From positions 1,943 to 65,942 of the forward strand of contig CAZRCG010000009.1 in NCBI GenBank assembly GCA_964598565.1: a stretch of 64,000 bases of DNA. The letters are read 5' to 3'. Position numbers and translations under genes: made by a program. The DNA is from an uncultured Bacteriovoracaceae bacterium (lineage in GTDB: Bacteria; Bdellovibrionota; UBA2394). Below the pieces are notes generated by a model. That model made no database searches, had not been told where the DNA came from, and saw only the letters and a list, made by a program, of their open reading frames with translations. This document shows, one piece after another, positions 45,721 through 55,693 of the stretch. Every line of letters begins with the position of its first letter. Position 1 is the stretch's first letter.

Positions 45721-46774
45721 ATCGAATATCATTTCCGACGAGATCAAAAGCCATTCTCTGAACTTCTGCCGACTCATCTTCAAGTGCGGCCTGTGCAAAA
45801 TGCTTCCAGTTGGGATCTTGTAAGCTTCTCAGCGACTCTAATGCTTGTCGTCGAACAGCAGGAGTGGCGTGCTTCAACATAGGTCGAATCATCACAAAAG
45901 CTCCTTCGGCGTTCATGGCCGACAGCGCACCCATAGACTCGACCACCACCAAGTCGTCGGCACTCAGTAAGAGTTGACGCAAAAGAGGAATGGACTGCCG
46001 AGCTTGAAGTCGACCCAAAACACGAATGGCGATACTGGCGATATAAGGGTCATAGCATTCTTGAACAAAGTGAATTAAGGAGTCGATTTCTTCACGACCA
46101 ATATTTGTCATGACTTCGGCAAAGACATCTCGGCGGGCAGGAGCCCGGCGACTCAGCGTCGAGAGAATTCGCTCGGTTTTACGTTCGAATTTCATACGAG
46201 AGAGTGCTCGCAGCGCCGCAATGGCAACCAGATCGTTGCGATCTTCAATCTTTAAAAGTAAATGGTCTACCGTCTCACGCTGCACGAAGGACTCTAAGCG
46301 AATCACGGCACTCAAGCGTCGCCACCAGAAGAACGATCTTAAGAGTCGATAGTCCATGGCATCAAAACGTAGTCCTTTATAAAACGAGAATAATCGCAGG
46401 CGCTCAGCGTCATTTTTGCTGATCTCAGCGAGTTCTACAAGATAGCGCCTGAAAAAGAAAATTTCGCCTTTCTGATATCGAATCACATAAAATAATTGTG
46501 ATAAGAGATCAAAATCTCCCAGAGTCACATGGGGCGGTTGACGACTTAAAATAGCCGCAAAGCTACGCCGTCTACGCGAATCATCCAATCGAATCGCACG
46601 TCGAGCTAATCGAGACGCGACTGCAAAAATGAAAAATGTAGCGAGCAGAGACGCAAAACTCAAGAGAACGAGAAGAACCAGGCTGAGAAAATGAGCATGC
46701 TGGCTTAGACCCAAGGCAGCTTCTAGGGCTTCTGTTTGTCGTCGGATCTCATCCCAAAGGTTCAGAAAATCCAT
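45713..46774 (-). CDS. Membrane-anchored HEAT-repeat protein
   Basis: N-terminal TM; repeats such as VAIAALRAL, VVVESMGAL, VRRQALESL and VQRMAFDL. Start ATG 46774. Confidence 0.85.
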   Translation of the reverse strand: MDFLNLWDEIRRQTEALEAALGLSQHAHFLSLVLLVLLSFASLLATFFIFAVASRLARRAIRLDDSRRRRSFAAILSRQPPHVTLGDFDLLSQLFYVIRYQKGEIFFFRRYLVELAEISKNDAERLRLFSFYKGLRFDAMDYRLLRSFFWWRRLSAVIRLESFVQRETVDHLLLKIEDRNDLVAIAALRALSRMKFERKTERILSTLSRRAPARRDVFAEVMTNIGREEIDSLIHFVQECYDPYIASIAIRVLGRLQARQSIPLLRQLLLSADDLVVVESMGALSAMNAEGAFVMIRPMLKHATPAVRRQALESLRSLQDPNWKHFAQAALEDESAEVQRMAFDLVGNDIRYV

Positions 46775-47706
46775 TGAAATCCCCCGCCCCCTTGAACTTC
46801 TTGTCGACGACGCCCCCCATACCATTCAACGTCAGCGATTAAAGCCCAATGCTGCGAGAGATCCAAACGCAGCATCCCTCCATAGCGATGAAAGCGGTCG
46901 GTGACGCCATCGCCTTCGTCGGATTTGCCTCCTCCAGCTCGCAAGGCCACACGCCACGATCGAAAGGGCACGGACACTTCGCCTGCGCCGGCTACAGCCA
47001 TCACGGGCTTCAAAAGCCAATCGCTGCGTAGTGTCCATGAAAGGATGTCGAACTCATGGCTCCAAGTCGCCACAACAACCCAGGTATTGTCGGCAGCGTA
47101 ATCTTGAAAACGCAGCCCCAACCCTAAATCACCAACCTTCGGCACAACCCAGTGCGTATGTAATCCCCAGAGACTCTGACTCCAAAAATCAGCCTTCAAG
47201 GTCATAGCCGCCTCAGTCTCCACATAAAAACGAGGACTCACCACCCAGGTGGGCAAAATTCCGACGCGATGATCTTGGAGCGTTTCACTGTCATAGTGAC
47301 GATAATCATTTTCGTAGTACAATCCGAGACGATTCGGCCCCAGTACTCTAGCACCCACATCTAAACGGCCCCGATGGTCGTAGCGAGAAATAGAGTGATC
47401 TACAAAGGCATAGCGTGCGCCCAGCGAAAAACGACTGAGTCTCTTAGTCAAAAGGCGCTCTAAACTTGGATCATTCAGTGGAGAACGCAGCAGTTGGCTC
47501 GCTAAATGCAACGCCTCACGGGTTCGTCCGGCCTGCCATAAAATTTGGTGTCTCAGAACAAGAGCTTCGATCTCTCCCGCTCTTTCAGACTCAAAACAAT
47601 CCGAACTCTGCAAAGCCTGATCTAAAAGACCCTGATGCCATAAGCGCCTAACCGAGTCGACACTCGGGCACGACACGCTCACTAAACCAAAGAAAATGAG
47701 AATCAC
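46762..47706 (-). CDS. Outer-membrane beta-barrel protein, YaiO-like, with TPR-like N-terminus
   Basis: Signal peptide, helical N-part, alternating beta-strand pattern, C-terminal aromatic FQWIF; in an operon with the HEAT and GT2 genes. Confidence 0.65.
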   Translation of the reverse strand: MILIFFGLVSVSCPSVDSVRRLWHQGLLDQALQSSDCFESERAGEIEALVLRHQILWQAGRTREALHLASQLLRSPLNDPSLERLLTKRLSRFSLGARYAFVDHSISRYDHRGRLDVGARVLGPNRLGLYYENDYRHYDSETLQDHRVGILPTWVVSPRFYVETEAAMTLKADFWSQSLWGLHTHWVVPKVGDLGLGLRFQDYAADNTWVVVATWSHEFDILSWTLRSDWLLKPVMAVAGAGEVSVPFRSWRVALRAGGGKSDEGDGVTDRFHRYGGMLRLDLSQHWALIADVEWYGGRRRQEVQGGGGFQWIF

Positions 47707-47799
47707 CCTAACTCTAAGTCTAGGCTGAAGCGTTCAGGACCTCAATCGCTGCCACAAAAATGAGAGACGCTAGTGAGTTTAATGTTCTAAAATAGTCTG

Positions 47800-48315
47800 A
47801 TGCTCTACTCCATCGCCGCTGCCATACTACTCGTCATGACACAGGACAAAAGTTCGACTCCTAACGTCGAAACATTCTTTCAAAACCTCACCATTAAAAG
47901 CCTTCACCTCGTCGACGATTTTTATGACGCTGATGCCGTGCTGGTAGACCCGCTTGGGGAGCATCGCGGCCTATCTAATATTAAGGCCTATTATAAAAAT
48001 CTCTACGAGAACCTAGAGGTTATTCATTTTGATTTTCACGGCAAAATGGTCGGCCCCTCGGAGGGCGTCTATTTTTGGACCATGACCTATGAACATCCGC
48101 GCATCAATGGCGGTCGTGAGGTTCGGGTGGAGGGAAATTCTCATGTTCGCATTTCGCCGAAATCAAAAAAAGTGACCTACCATCGCGATACCTTTGATAT
48201 GGGCGCAATGATTTATGAACATATTCCTGTTCTGGGTTGGATCATTTCTTCCATAAAAAAGAAGATGAAAGGAGAGCCTATTTTTCCGAATCTCCGTGAG
48301 TTGTTTGGACGATGA
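47800..48315 (+). CDS. NTF2/SnoaL-like domain protein
   Basis: FYDADAVLVDPLGEHRG, WTMTYEHPRI, YHRDTFD. Confidence 0.85.
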   Translation: MLYSIAAAILLVMTQDKSSTPNVETFFQNLTIKSLHLVDDFYDADAVLVDPLGEHRGLSNIKAYYKNLYENLEVIHFDFHGKMVGPSEGVYFWTMTYEHPRINGGREVRVEGNSHVRISPKSKKVTYHRDTFDMGAMIYEHIPVLGWIISSIKKKMKGEPIFPNLRELFGR

Positions 48316-48321
48316 CCCTCT

Positions 48322-48741
48322 ATGATAAATAACGACACATGGCAGCGTCTGACTCAGCGTCTTGATGCCGCGGGTCTTGCCGAGAAAGATTTTAAAGAGC
48401 ATTTTGTGCGTAGCTCCGGCAAGGGGGGCCAGAACGTCAACAAAGTCTCGACCTGTGTTTTTTTAAAGCATCTCCCCACCTCGCTGGAGGTAAAATGTCA
48501 AAAAACTCGCTCCCAAGCCGACAACCGATATTTTGCGCGAGAATTGATGCTGCAGAAATTCTTAGCGCTGAACAAGAAACAAAAAACCGAAGCCGATTTT
48601 GAACGCTACAAAATACGCAAGCAGAAACAGCGTCGATCGAGGCGCGCCCAACAAAAAATCTTGGATGATAAGAAACAACACTCGCAAAAAAAGAATTCTC
48701 GCCGTAACCGTTCATTTCACTTGCCCGGCTCTTCTGACTGA
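48322..48741 (+). CDS. arfB: Ribosome rescue factor ArfB (RF-1 peptidyl-tRNA hydrolase domain)
   Basis: FVRSSGKGGQNVNKVST, RSQADNR and a basic C-terminal tail. Confidence 0.85.
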   Translation: MINNDTWQRLTQRLDAAGLAEKDFKEHFVRSSGKGGQNVNKVSTCVFLKHLPTSLEVKCQKTRSQADNRYFARELMLQKFLALNKKQKTEADFERYKIRKQKQRRSRRAQQKILDDKKQHSQKKNSRRNRSFHLPGSSD

Positions 48742-48803
48742 TGGCAGTTTGATGAAGGTTTAAGTTACAAAGATACGAGTTTGATCGTTTCTGGGAGGGA
48801 TTC

Positions 48804-50300
48804 ATGGGCCACTGGCGGCTTTTCGTCTGCTGTTTGTGTGTGGGGATTCAACCATCGTTAGCGAAAGAGATTTCGTCATCCTCTGAGGATAGTTTTAGGA
48901 AGTCTATTGTTAGTGATCGCAGTTCTTCACGGCACGTCATGAGAGCCCCCGACTCTCAATGTGGCATCTATATTCGATGGTTTTCAGAGATGGGACCTTT
49001 AGGAGACTACCAAGGGCCCCTCGGAGACGAGGGAACCACCGCGGCGGTCGCTACGATTCACTCAATGTTTCAGAACTATGCCGCTCTCGAGCAGGCGCGC
49101 GACAATTTAGAAAACGCTTCGCAAATTGAAACCGCTAGAATTGAAGCAATGGACTCAGCGCCGATTAAACTAATAACCAATGGCCAAATGGAACAAGAAG
49201 ACGAAGCTCCACTAAAACAAGTGGCTGAAGCGCTTGCCTCGAGCCTCACGGAAGATCGAAAGCGATGGCCCGAAACAATCGAAGTTTATGCCATCGGCAT
49301 TCCGTGGCCTAAAGATCAAGGCGGTCCTATCGTCGACCGACTTCAGAGAAAAATAGATGAAGCCGGACTTTCACAATTGGTTAAAGTGCGCAAAGTACGT
49401 CGGCCCTCCTCGACAGGGCTCGCCCGAATTTACGAAGAAATTGTGTACTTTGCGTTTCCCATACCCTCTGAAGACTACGACAAGCCCACGAAGGCTGAAA
49501 CAAAAACAGGTTGGCAGTCGTTCGTAACAAGCAGTGGCATCACCATGACACTTCAAACCGCATTCTTTGGTTTGACAGGATTTGCTAGTGCGGTCATGAA
49601 CGGTGTGTTTAGCTATGTCACAACGTTCAATCGACCGACCTGGAACAACTACTACGCTAAGCACAAAACATCCGCTGAGGCATGGATCCGTCAATTTTGG
49701 ATGAATACCTATTTTGGCGCGGGTATTTACTGGGCCACCAAGTTTTTTAGCGGCGGAACAAGCGATGTTTTCAAAGTACTAACCGAAATGGCGACTCTAT
49801 CGGGATGGAGTCACTATTTCGTCAGCAAGCTTCACTCTAATCTGATCGGGACCGGCTGGAGAAAACCTCTCGAAACAGGCAGTCAACTTTGGATTCAGAA
49901 AGAAGCGGCCGAGGGTCGGGGTGAAGAAGCCCGGGCCATTGCCGCTACCATTCGAAAATGGGCCACCATTTTCTCCACTAATATGTGGGCTTTTTCACTC
50001 ATTCTCTCTGAAGCCACGAGTTTACCGCTTTTCACCTCTTTAGAAAATATGCTTGGAGTTAATCTGTCGTGGTTGGGGGGAAAAGTTAGCATTTTAGCTT
50101 GGGATTTTAATCTTGGTCATGTCGGACTTATTTTTTCTGCGGCAGTCTTTGGCACACTCGCTAAGTACCCCGAATACTACCGCCTGGCCGAACAGAGTTT
50201 TCGTCGCGAAAAATGGGCCAAGGTTCGAGCCTATTTTGAAAAGCTTTGGATAAAAATAGGAGAGGGCTATGTGCAATCGGCTCCGCCGTATCTGCCCTAG
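48804..50300 (+). CDS. Hypothetical exported/membrane protein (498 aa)
   Basis: Signal peptide plus several hydrophobic segments in the C-terminal half. Confidence 0.7.
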   Translation: MGHWRLFVCCLCVGIQPSLAKEISSSSEDSFRKSIVSDRSSSRHVMRAPDSQCGIYIRWFSEMGPLGDYQGPLGDEGTTAAVATIHSMFQNYAALEQARDNLENASQIETARIEAMDSAPIKLITNGQMEQEDEAPLKQVAEALASSLTEDRKRWPETIEVYAIGIPWPKDQGGPIVDRLQRKIDEAGLSQLVKVRKVRRPSSTGLARIYEEIVYFAFPIPSEDYDKPTKAETKTGWQSFVTSSGITMTLQTAFFGLTGFASAVMNGVFSYVTTFNRPTWNNYYAKHKTSAEAWIRQFWMNTYFGAGIYWATKFFSGGTSDVFKVLTEMATLSGWSHYFVSKLHSNLIGTGWRKPLETGSQLWIQKEAAEGRGEEARAIAATIRKWATIFSTNMWAFSLILSEATSLPLFTSLENMLGVNLSWLGGKVSILAWDFNLGHVGLIFSAAVFGTLAKYPEYYRLAEQSFRREKWAKVRAYFEKLWIKIGEGYVQSAPPYLP

Positions 50301-50500
50301 AGCTCTGCCGATGCGCCTAACCATGTCCCAGCACATGGCCCTGTCGCCGAAGCACTATTTGGAGTGACTTTAATGGTGACGGATTTCTAGGCATTTCGGT
50401 TCCACAATCTACTTCCAACTATGTTTCTCTATTCGTCCAAGATAAGTTGAGCCTTCACCGCCTCGATAACATTTGATAGATCGACTCAAATCCCACCCAC

Positions 50501-50989
50501 CTACAGTCTCACTTTTAAACGGCCAGAACTTATCGATTCTGTATAGATAGTTGTCGCCATCACTTCGAGCTGAATTGGCTTTAAATCAGGAAAATCGCTA
50601 TCAAAACCCACGTCGACAGTGCGTCCAGACAAGTTTTCAGAACAGGCCCATTTCCAGCGCGCTCTCAAATCTTGGTGAGCCTCATCGTAGTTTTTGTCTG
50701 CCATAGTATCTACCAAAGTGCAAGACTTGGGCAAGGTCACATAATTTTCTATATTCTGCTGCAATCGCTCTAAAGCCGATAAAGGGCCCTTCTTAGGCTT
50801 CATCATCTTCTCACTAGCCTGCAAACGAAACTCTAAAGAGGAGCTGACCTTCGAGCCTTCTTTCTTCACCTCTAACTCGACGACAAGAGTTGCAAACAAG
50901 ACACTCTTGGACATATTCCGTTTCTTTAATTCATTGGACTCCTTTAATTTTTTGGACGTCTCTGAGTCTTTTGATTTCTCTGATTTCAT
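50501..50989 (-). CDS. Hypothetical protein, weakly DUF2796/ZrgA-like
   Basis: C-terminal HQDLRARWKWAC...FPDLKPIQLEV resembles the ZrgA pattern; no His-rich N-terminus. Confidence 0.4.
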   Translation of the reverse strand: MKSEKSKDSETSKKLKESNELKKRNMSKSVLFATLVVELEVKKEGSKVSSSLEFRLQASEKMMKPKKGPLSALERLQQNIENYVTLPKSCTLVDTMADKNYDEAHQDLRARWKWACSENLSGRTVDVGFDSDFPDLKPIQLEVMATTIYTESISSGRLKVRL

Positions 50990-50993
50990 TGCC

Positions 50994-52412
50994 TTAACCC
51001 CCTCGAGCTACGGGAAGCTCCAAACTGATTCTAAGGCCTGGTTTCAAATTCGTAAAATGAATCGGTATAGAAGCTAGTCGACAAATCTCTCGACAGAGAT
51101 TTAAGCCAATTCCCAAGCCAGAAACGGGGGCAGAATGAGGATCATTCATGATCTGAATAACGTCATCGGAAACGCCAGGGCCACGATCCACGATATCCAC
51201 TCCCACTAAGAGGGAACTCTTCGAATAGATATAAATCTCAGGCTTGGATTTCTCGCCGCCGTGCTTCACGCTATTGCGAATGAAATTATCGATCAACAGT
51301 GAAAATAGATCTGGGTCCATGGTCACCATCGGTAGAGACTCCGATAAATGTACTGCCACCTCCGCTCGATAATTCTTGCGAAAATCTTTCGATAGGTCGG
51401 AGAACACCTCCGACAAAGAAACCGCTTTAGGTCGATACGATTGACCCGCCCGATCTCGCTGAGCCAACTCTAAAATCGTGTTGATAATCTGATCGATCTT
51501 CTTAATATCGGAGGCAAATACTTTCAGCATAGCCTCGTAGTCTTCACAACTCTTACTTGAGTATCCCGCCGTTTCAATCTCCCCGAGCATCATCGTCAAC
51601 GGTGTGCGAACCTCGTGGGCGATGAATCGAGCCAGAGATTGGTTGGCAATCGACGACCGCTGAACGCGACTAATCAAATTATTGGCCGCCTCTACAATCT
51701 CATCTAAAAAGTCGCCATCTTTGGTCTCCGGCAAACTCCTCCAAAGTTTTAGTTCTCGATCTTTTAATTGACGCATCTCTTCGGCGACAAACCGAATAGG
51801 TCTAAAAATTCTTCCGGCAATTACATTGGAGACAACCAACATTCCGAGCAGAAGTACAAAAAGCACCATCAAATAGGGTACTATAGATTCCATCAGCACC
51901 TCCATCACACGTGGAAGCGGTTGGCTCATTTGAACAATGCGTCGCTCGCCGGTGGCCAAACGATAACTCGCACGAAAAGTTACATAGTTGCGACTCGTTT
52001 CGATAAAGCGACTGTGGTCGTCATCGAGAGAAAGACCCTCGTCGAGAAATCGAATCTCGTCGTGAGGAAAATTACTGTACATCAAAATGCCAAACTCATC
52101 GAAAATTCGAATAATTCGATAAAGTCGAGTAATCGACAAAACGCCCCTCAAAATACTGGGCAATTTTTCATGCTCATCAAAAACATTAAGATCTTGCAGA
52201 CCAATGCTCACCAGTCGTTCGGTCGTTTGTTCGAGATCTTTTTTGGTGTCTTCGCGAATATTGCTTAATAATATAGCGGTAGATACAGACATGACCAAAA
52301 GGCATGCCGCCGCCGATACAGACCAAAGTATTAAAGTAAGTCGAAACGTGAGCGATGTTCTATTCGCCCGAGGTAATCGAAGCCAACGAATACCCCACTC
52401 CTCTCTTGGCAT
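50994..52412 (-). CDS. Sensor histidine kinase (2TM-HAMP-HisKA-HATPase)
   Basis: AHEVRTPL, NSVKH, DRGPG, GLGIGL. Confidence 0.92.
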   Translation of the reverse strand: MPREEWGIRWLRLPRANRTSLTFRLTLILWSVSAAACLLVMSVSTAILLSNIREDTKKDLEQTTERLVSIGLQDLNVFDEHEKLPSILRGVLSITRLYRIIRIFDEFGILMYSNFPHDEIRFLDEGLSLDDDHSRFIETSRNYVTFRASYRLATGERRIVQMSQPLPRVMEVLMESIVPYLMVLFVLLLGMLVVSNVIAGRIFRPIRFVAEEMRQLKDRELKLWRSLPETKDGDFLDEIVEAANNLISRVQRSSIANQSLARFIAHEVRTPLTMMLGEIETAGYSSKSCEDYEAMLKVFASDIKKIDQIINTILELAQRDRAGQSYRPKAVSLSEVFSDLSKDFRKNYRAEVAVHLSESLPMVTMDPDLFSLLIDNFIRNSVKHGGEKSKPEIYIYSKSSLLVGVDIVDRGPGVSDDVIQIMNDPHSAPVSGLGIGLNLCREICRLASIPIHFTNLKPGLRISLELPVARGG

Positions 52413-53061
52413 GAATCAACGATACCCTATTTTCGAAATTAATCTTCTTTTTTAGACGCCCCACCGTAACATCCACCAAATTAGAACCGGGATCGAAATT
52501 CATACTCCAAACTTTCTGCAGAAGCTCAGCGCGGGTGAATATTCGCTGGGGCGCCGACATGAGTGTCGCCAATAAACGAAACTCCTTTGAGCTAAGATCA
52601 ATGACCATGGTGGAACGCATCACTTTTTGTGTCGGAAAATCGATGGTAAGATCCTCATAGTGAAGCTCTCGACCCGAGCTTGCGGAAGGATCTTGAAGCG
52701 TCTGACGAGCTAAGTTTCTGACTCGCGCCACAAGCTCTTCGATATGGAATGGTTTTCCCAGATAGTCATCGGCTCCTTGCTCTAAGCCATCTACCTTCTG
52801 GTCGACTTCAGAGAGTGCACTTAAAATCAAAATTTTCAGGTGAGGATGCAATTTGCGCAGTCGGGGTAGCAAGGTCAGGGTGTCCTGGCTTCCTAAAAGT
52901 CTGTCGAGGACCACAACGTCAAAATCGTGGAGTTGAAGCGCCACTTCGACTTCGTCAAACTGAGACAGAGAATCGACCGTCATACCAGCCTGCTCTAACC
53001 CCATGGTAATAAACCGCTGAACTCTAGGCTCATCTTCGACGAGTAATATTTTCATCGTCAT
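52360..53061 (-). CDS. OmpR-family response regulator (CusR/CzcR-like)
   Basis: MKILLVEDE, VLDRLL, GADDYLGKPF, wHTH with NLVDVTVGRLKKKI and RGVGY. Confidence 0.93.
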   Translation of the reverse strand: MTMKILLVEDEPRVQRFITMGLEQAGMTVDSLSQFDEVEVALQLHDFDVVVLDRLLGSQDTLTLLPRLRKLHPHLKILILSALSEVDQKVDGLEQGADDYLGKPFHIEELVARVRNLARQTLQDPSASSGRELHYEDLTIDFPTQKVMRSTMVIDLSSKEFRLLATLMSAPQRIFTRAELLQKVWSMNFDPGSNLVDVTVGRLKKKINFENRVSLIHAKRGVGYSLASITSGE

Positions 53062-53285
53062 GGACTCCAATCTTAGTGCTGAATGCATCAGGGAGCAAGC
53101 TTGTGACATCGTAAGAATATCTCCTATTTTTCTGCCTTTTTCCCATCCTCGCGGAGGCCAAAACCCAGCACCTCGAGGGAGGTTGGGAGGAGGCCGACTT
53201 AAATTTGGGCACCTCCTCCCGATGGGACAGGGCTTTCAAAGAAAATAACTATAAAAGTAGTCTAACGATCAAAAGGGACACAATG

Positions 53286-53312
53286 ATGACAGCGCCGTGA
53301 CAAGGCTGTCAT
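53286..53312. promoter_or_regulatory. Putative OmpR/PhoB-type operator
   Basis: Minus strand TTGTCAC-GGCG-CTGTCAT (11-bp direct repeat), plus the inverted pair ATGACAGC / GCTGTCAT. Confidence 0.4.
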
Positions 53313-53317
53313 AGTGT

Positions 53318-54337
53318 TTGGGCATGGACCCGTCTTATACGCCACCGCGAAGCTCAACTTTCTGCATTGATTTGAGAGAGTCAGACTATGAAACCCTTAA
53401 GATATCGATCGATCTAATGACGAGGATTCATAAAAGTCCCTGCTTTTTGGGCATTCACGAAATATCTTGGAGTCCTCAAGAGCAAATTTTAGAAGTGGGC
53501 ACAGAAACGAGTGAAATCTACAACCACAACTTCGATCGCGCCCGTACCCAAGATCAAGCATTCAAAACTCAAAGTGTGCAGATTCATTTCAAAACCAAAG
53601 AGACGGCTTATTCCATAAGCCAGGCGATTACAGATTTTTTGTCGACTTTAAAAGACTTGGGTCCCCAACGTAAGACACTCGTTGTGCGCGAAATTCCCCA
53701 CGAAGACTGGAATCGTAAGTGGTCAGAGGCCTTTGACGGTTGTGACGTCGAGCCTTACTGGTCGATTCGCACGTCAGATTCTCCACGACCGAGACGCGAC
53801 GGTACGATAGCTCTCATTATTAATCCTAGCGTTGGCTTTGGTTCTGGCAGTCATCCAACGACCGCCCTCTGCTTACGCCAAATCGGCGACTGGGGTAATA
53901 CTTTAGCCAATAGCGCTTTCTTGGATTTTGGAAGCGGCTCAGGCATTCTGGCCATCGCGGCAGCCAAACGTGGGGCTCACGTTGACGCGGTCGAAATTGA
54001 TGGAATGGCCTTAGAAAATGCTCGGGATAATGCCGCCCTTAACGATCTTGAGAATCCTATTCAATTTTTTGAGACGATTCCAGAGACAATCCCGCCGCGA
54101 ACCTATCACTTTATCGTAGCGAATATTTTAGCCGTTACACTAAAATCAGTCGCCCCCACTCTAGCCAAACGCCTCACGGTCGGCGGAAAGCTGGCGCTAG
54201 GCGGCCTCTTAAAAAATCAGGCCGATGAAGTACTTGATGCGTATAAGCAAGCGTTTCACTCCGTAGGTCATACAATTCGCGGGTCTTTACGATTTCAGGA
54301 AGACTGGGCTCTGCTAGTGATTGAATTCGCCGAATGA
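53318..54337 (+). CDS. prmA: Ribosomal protein L11 methyltransferase PrmA
   Basis: EDWNRKW, GFGSGSHPTT, LDFGSGSGILAIAA, VANILA. Confidence 0.9.
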   Translation: MGMDPSYTPPRSSTFCIDLRESDYETLKISIDLMTRIHKSPCFLGIHEISWSPQEQILEVGTETSEIYNHNFDRARTQDQAFKTQSVQIHFKTKETAYSISQAITDFLSTLKDLGPQRKTLVVREIPHEDWNRKWSEAFDGCDVEPYWSIRTSDSPRPRRDGTIALIINPSVGFGSGSHPTTALCLRQIGDWGNTLANSAFLDFGSGSGILAIAAAKRGAHVDAVEIDGMALENARDNAALNDLENPIQFFETIPETIPPRTYHFIVANILAVTLKSVAPTLAKRLTVGGKLALGGLLKNQADEVLDAYKQAFHSVGHTIRGSLRFQEDWALLVIEFAE

Positions 54338-55667
54338 TTTCGCTAGGGCTGTAGTCATGGGCTGGGGATTATGGACACTTCTTCTGACCGCCTCGATCAA
54401 CCAGGCTTCCAACAAACATAGTTCAACTAGTCCTGTTTCGACGGTAGAGGCTTCGCCGCTGCCTGTTCACGAAACTCAGTCGCAACGAATTCACTCTCAA
54501 CTTCTGAAAGTTAATCAAGCCCTCTTGAGAATTGATGAGGGTGTGGAACCGTGCCTCACGCAGCCTTGTCAGAAAGAACGTCATTATATTGCTGACGAGA
54601 TCGCCTCACAGAGTCTGATCTGGGAAGACCTCTGGCTTCCCCAGAGAACGATCGCGCTCAGAAGCCTTCGACGCATTCTTCGAAATCCTGGGCGAATTTC
54701 TAACAGAGATTCATTCGATGTAAAAGATGAGCTCGTATGGCATTCATTTGAATTAACGCTGCGCGAATCTCAATCGCTGTTTCCGTGGCTTCGCCGTCTT
54801 CAGACAGACCCTCAGCTTTTTGAAGTTATAAGACGTTTCTGGAATATAGGGGGCGTGGAACTTGCATTTCTGCAATTTGAGTTGAGTCGTCACATGAGCA
54901 TCCGAGATTCGTACGATGATATCTCAAAAGATCCTCTTCTACAGAGGTTAAGCCGCCGAATGGCGCAGCTAAGCTCTTCTGTGGGAGTTGCCTATGAAGA
55001 CACTCTCGCACTTTTCTTACAGGCTGAAGAGACAAGCTTCGGATTATCGACCTCTACCGACGAAGTTCAAAGCTACCAAACGATCATGATGATTCGTAAC
55101 CTAGCTCGACTTTACACACTTAAAATTATGCTTGCTGACGCAGAGATTTTTGACGATGCATTTCATCGTACCGCAAGCCGGTTTGAGAACAATCTTCAGA
55201 GCCTCTCTAAGCTCATCGTTCGATTTAATGAAATTACCCTCGGAGTGAGTGGACTGAAGAATCTCTATGGAATTGAAAGACGATCGCGCTCTCTGCCCTT
55301 AGAAGTTCCCTCGCTCGAGTGGGACATCTCGCTGGCCAGTTTCTGGAGTAAAACGATCGATACCGTCGCCTCGGTCTATGGTTATTCGCTGGGTCGAGCG
55401 AGCTTTGGTCTTTTGGCAGCAGGCACATTGGCATCGGCCCCTCAGTGGCTTCACATATACAAAGAAACGACCTTGTTTGATATTTGGAGCCATCATAAGG
55501 CGCGCCGCCTACAAGACAGACTCACCGCAATAGAAGAAAATGATCGGATTTTTCAAGCCCTTCAGAAACAACGAGAATCCATTTTACTCCGGCTGCGAAA
55601 AAACTTTGTAGGACACAAAAGAAAGCTTGAGGCTGAGCTGCAAAATCTCCTACAACAAGACTATTAG
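54321..55667 (+). CDS. Hypothetical helical exported protein with hydrophobic segment and C-terminal coiled coil
   Basis: 448-aa ORF overlapping the prmA end; start may be ATG 54357. Confidence 0.7.
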   Translation: MNSPNDFARAVVMGWGLWTLLLTASINQASNKHSSTSPVSTVEASPLPVHETQSQRIHSQLLKVNQALLRIDEGVEPCLTQPCQKERHYIADEIASQSLIWEDLWLPQRTIALRSLRRILRNPGRISNRDSFDVKDELVWHSFELTLRESQSLFPWLRRLQTDPQLFEVIRRFWNIGGVELAFLQFELSRHMSIRDSYDDISKDPLLQRLSRRMAQLSSSVGVAYEDTLALFLQAEETSFGLSTSTDEVQSYQTIMMIRNLARLYTLKIMLADAEIFDDAFHRTASRFENNLQSLSKLIVRFNEITLGVSGLKNLYGIERRSRSLPLEVPSLEWDISLASFWSKTIDTVASVYGYSLGRASFGLLAAGTLASAPQWLHIYKETTLFDIWSHHKARRLQDRLTAIEENDRIFQALQKQRESILLRLRKNFVGHKRKLEAELQNLLQQDY

Positions 55668-55693
55668 GTCATTTCTGTAGGAGGGGTTTTAGA

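Noticed and set aside
44172-47706. Island integrated at tRNA-Pro (or at tRNA-Arg)
   Set aside because: No duplicated tRNA end and no integrase found; only a trivial ACAAGGAC tandem after tRNA-Pro
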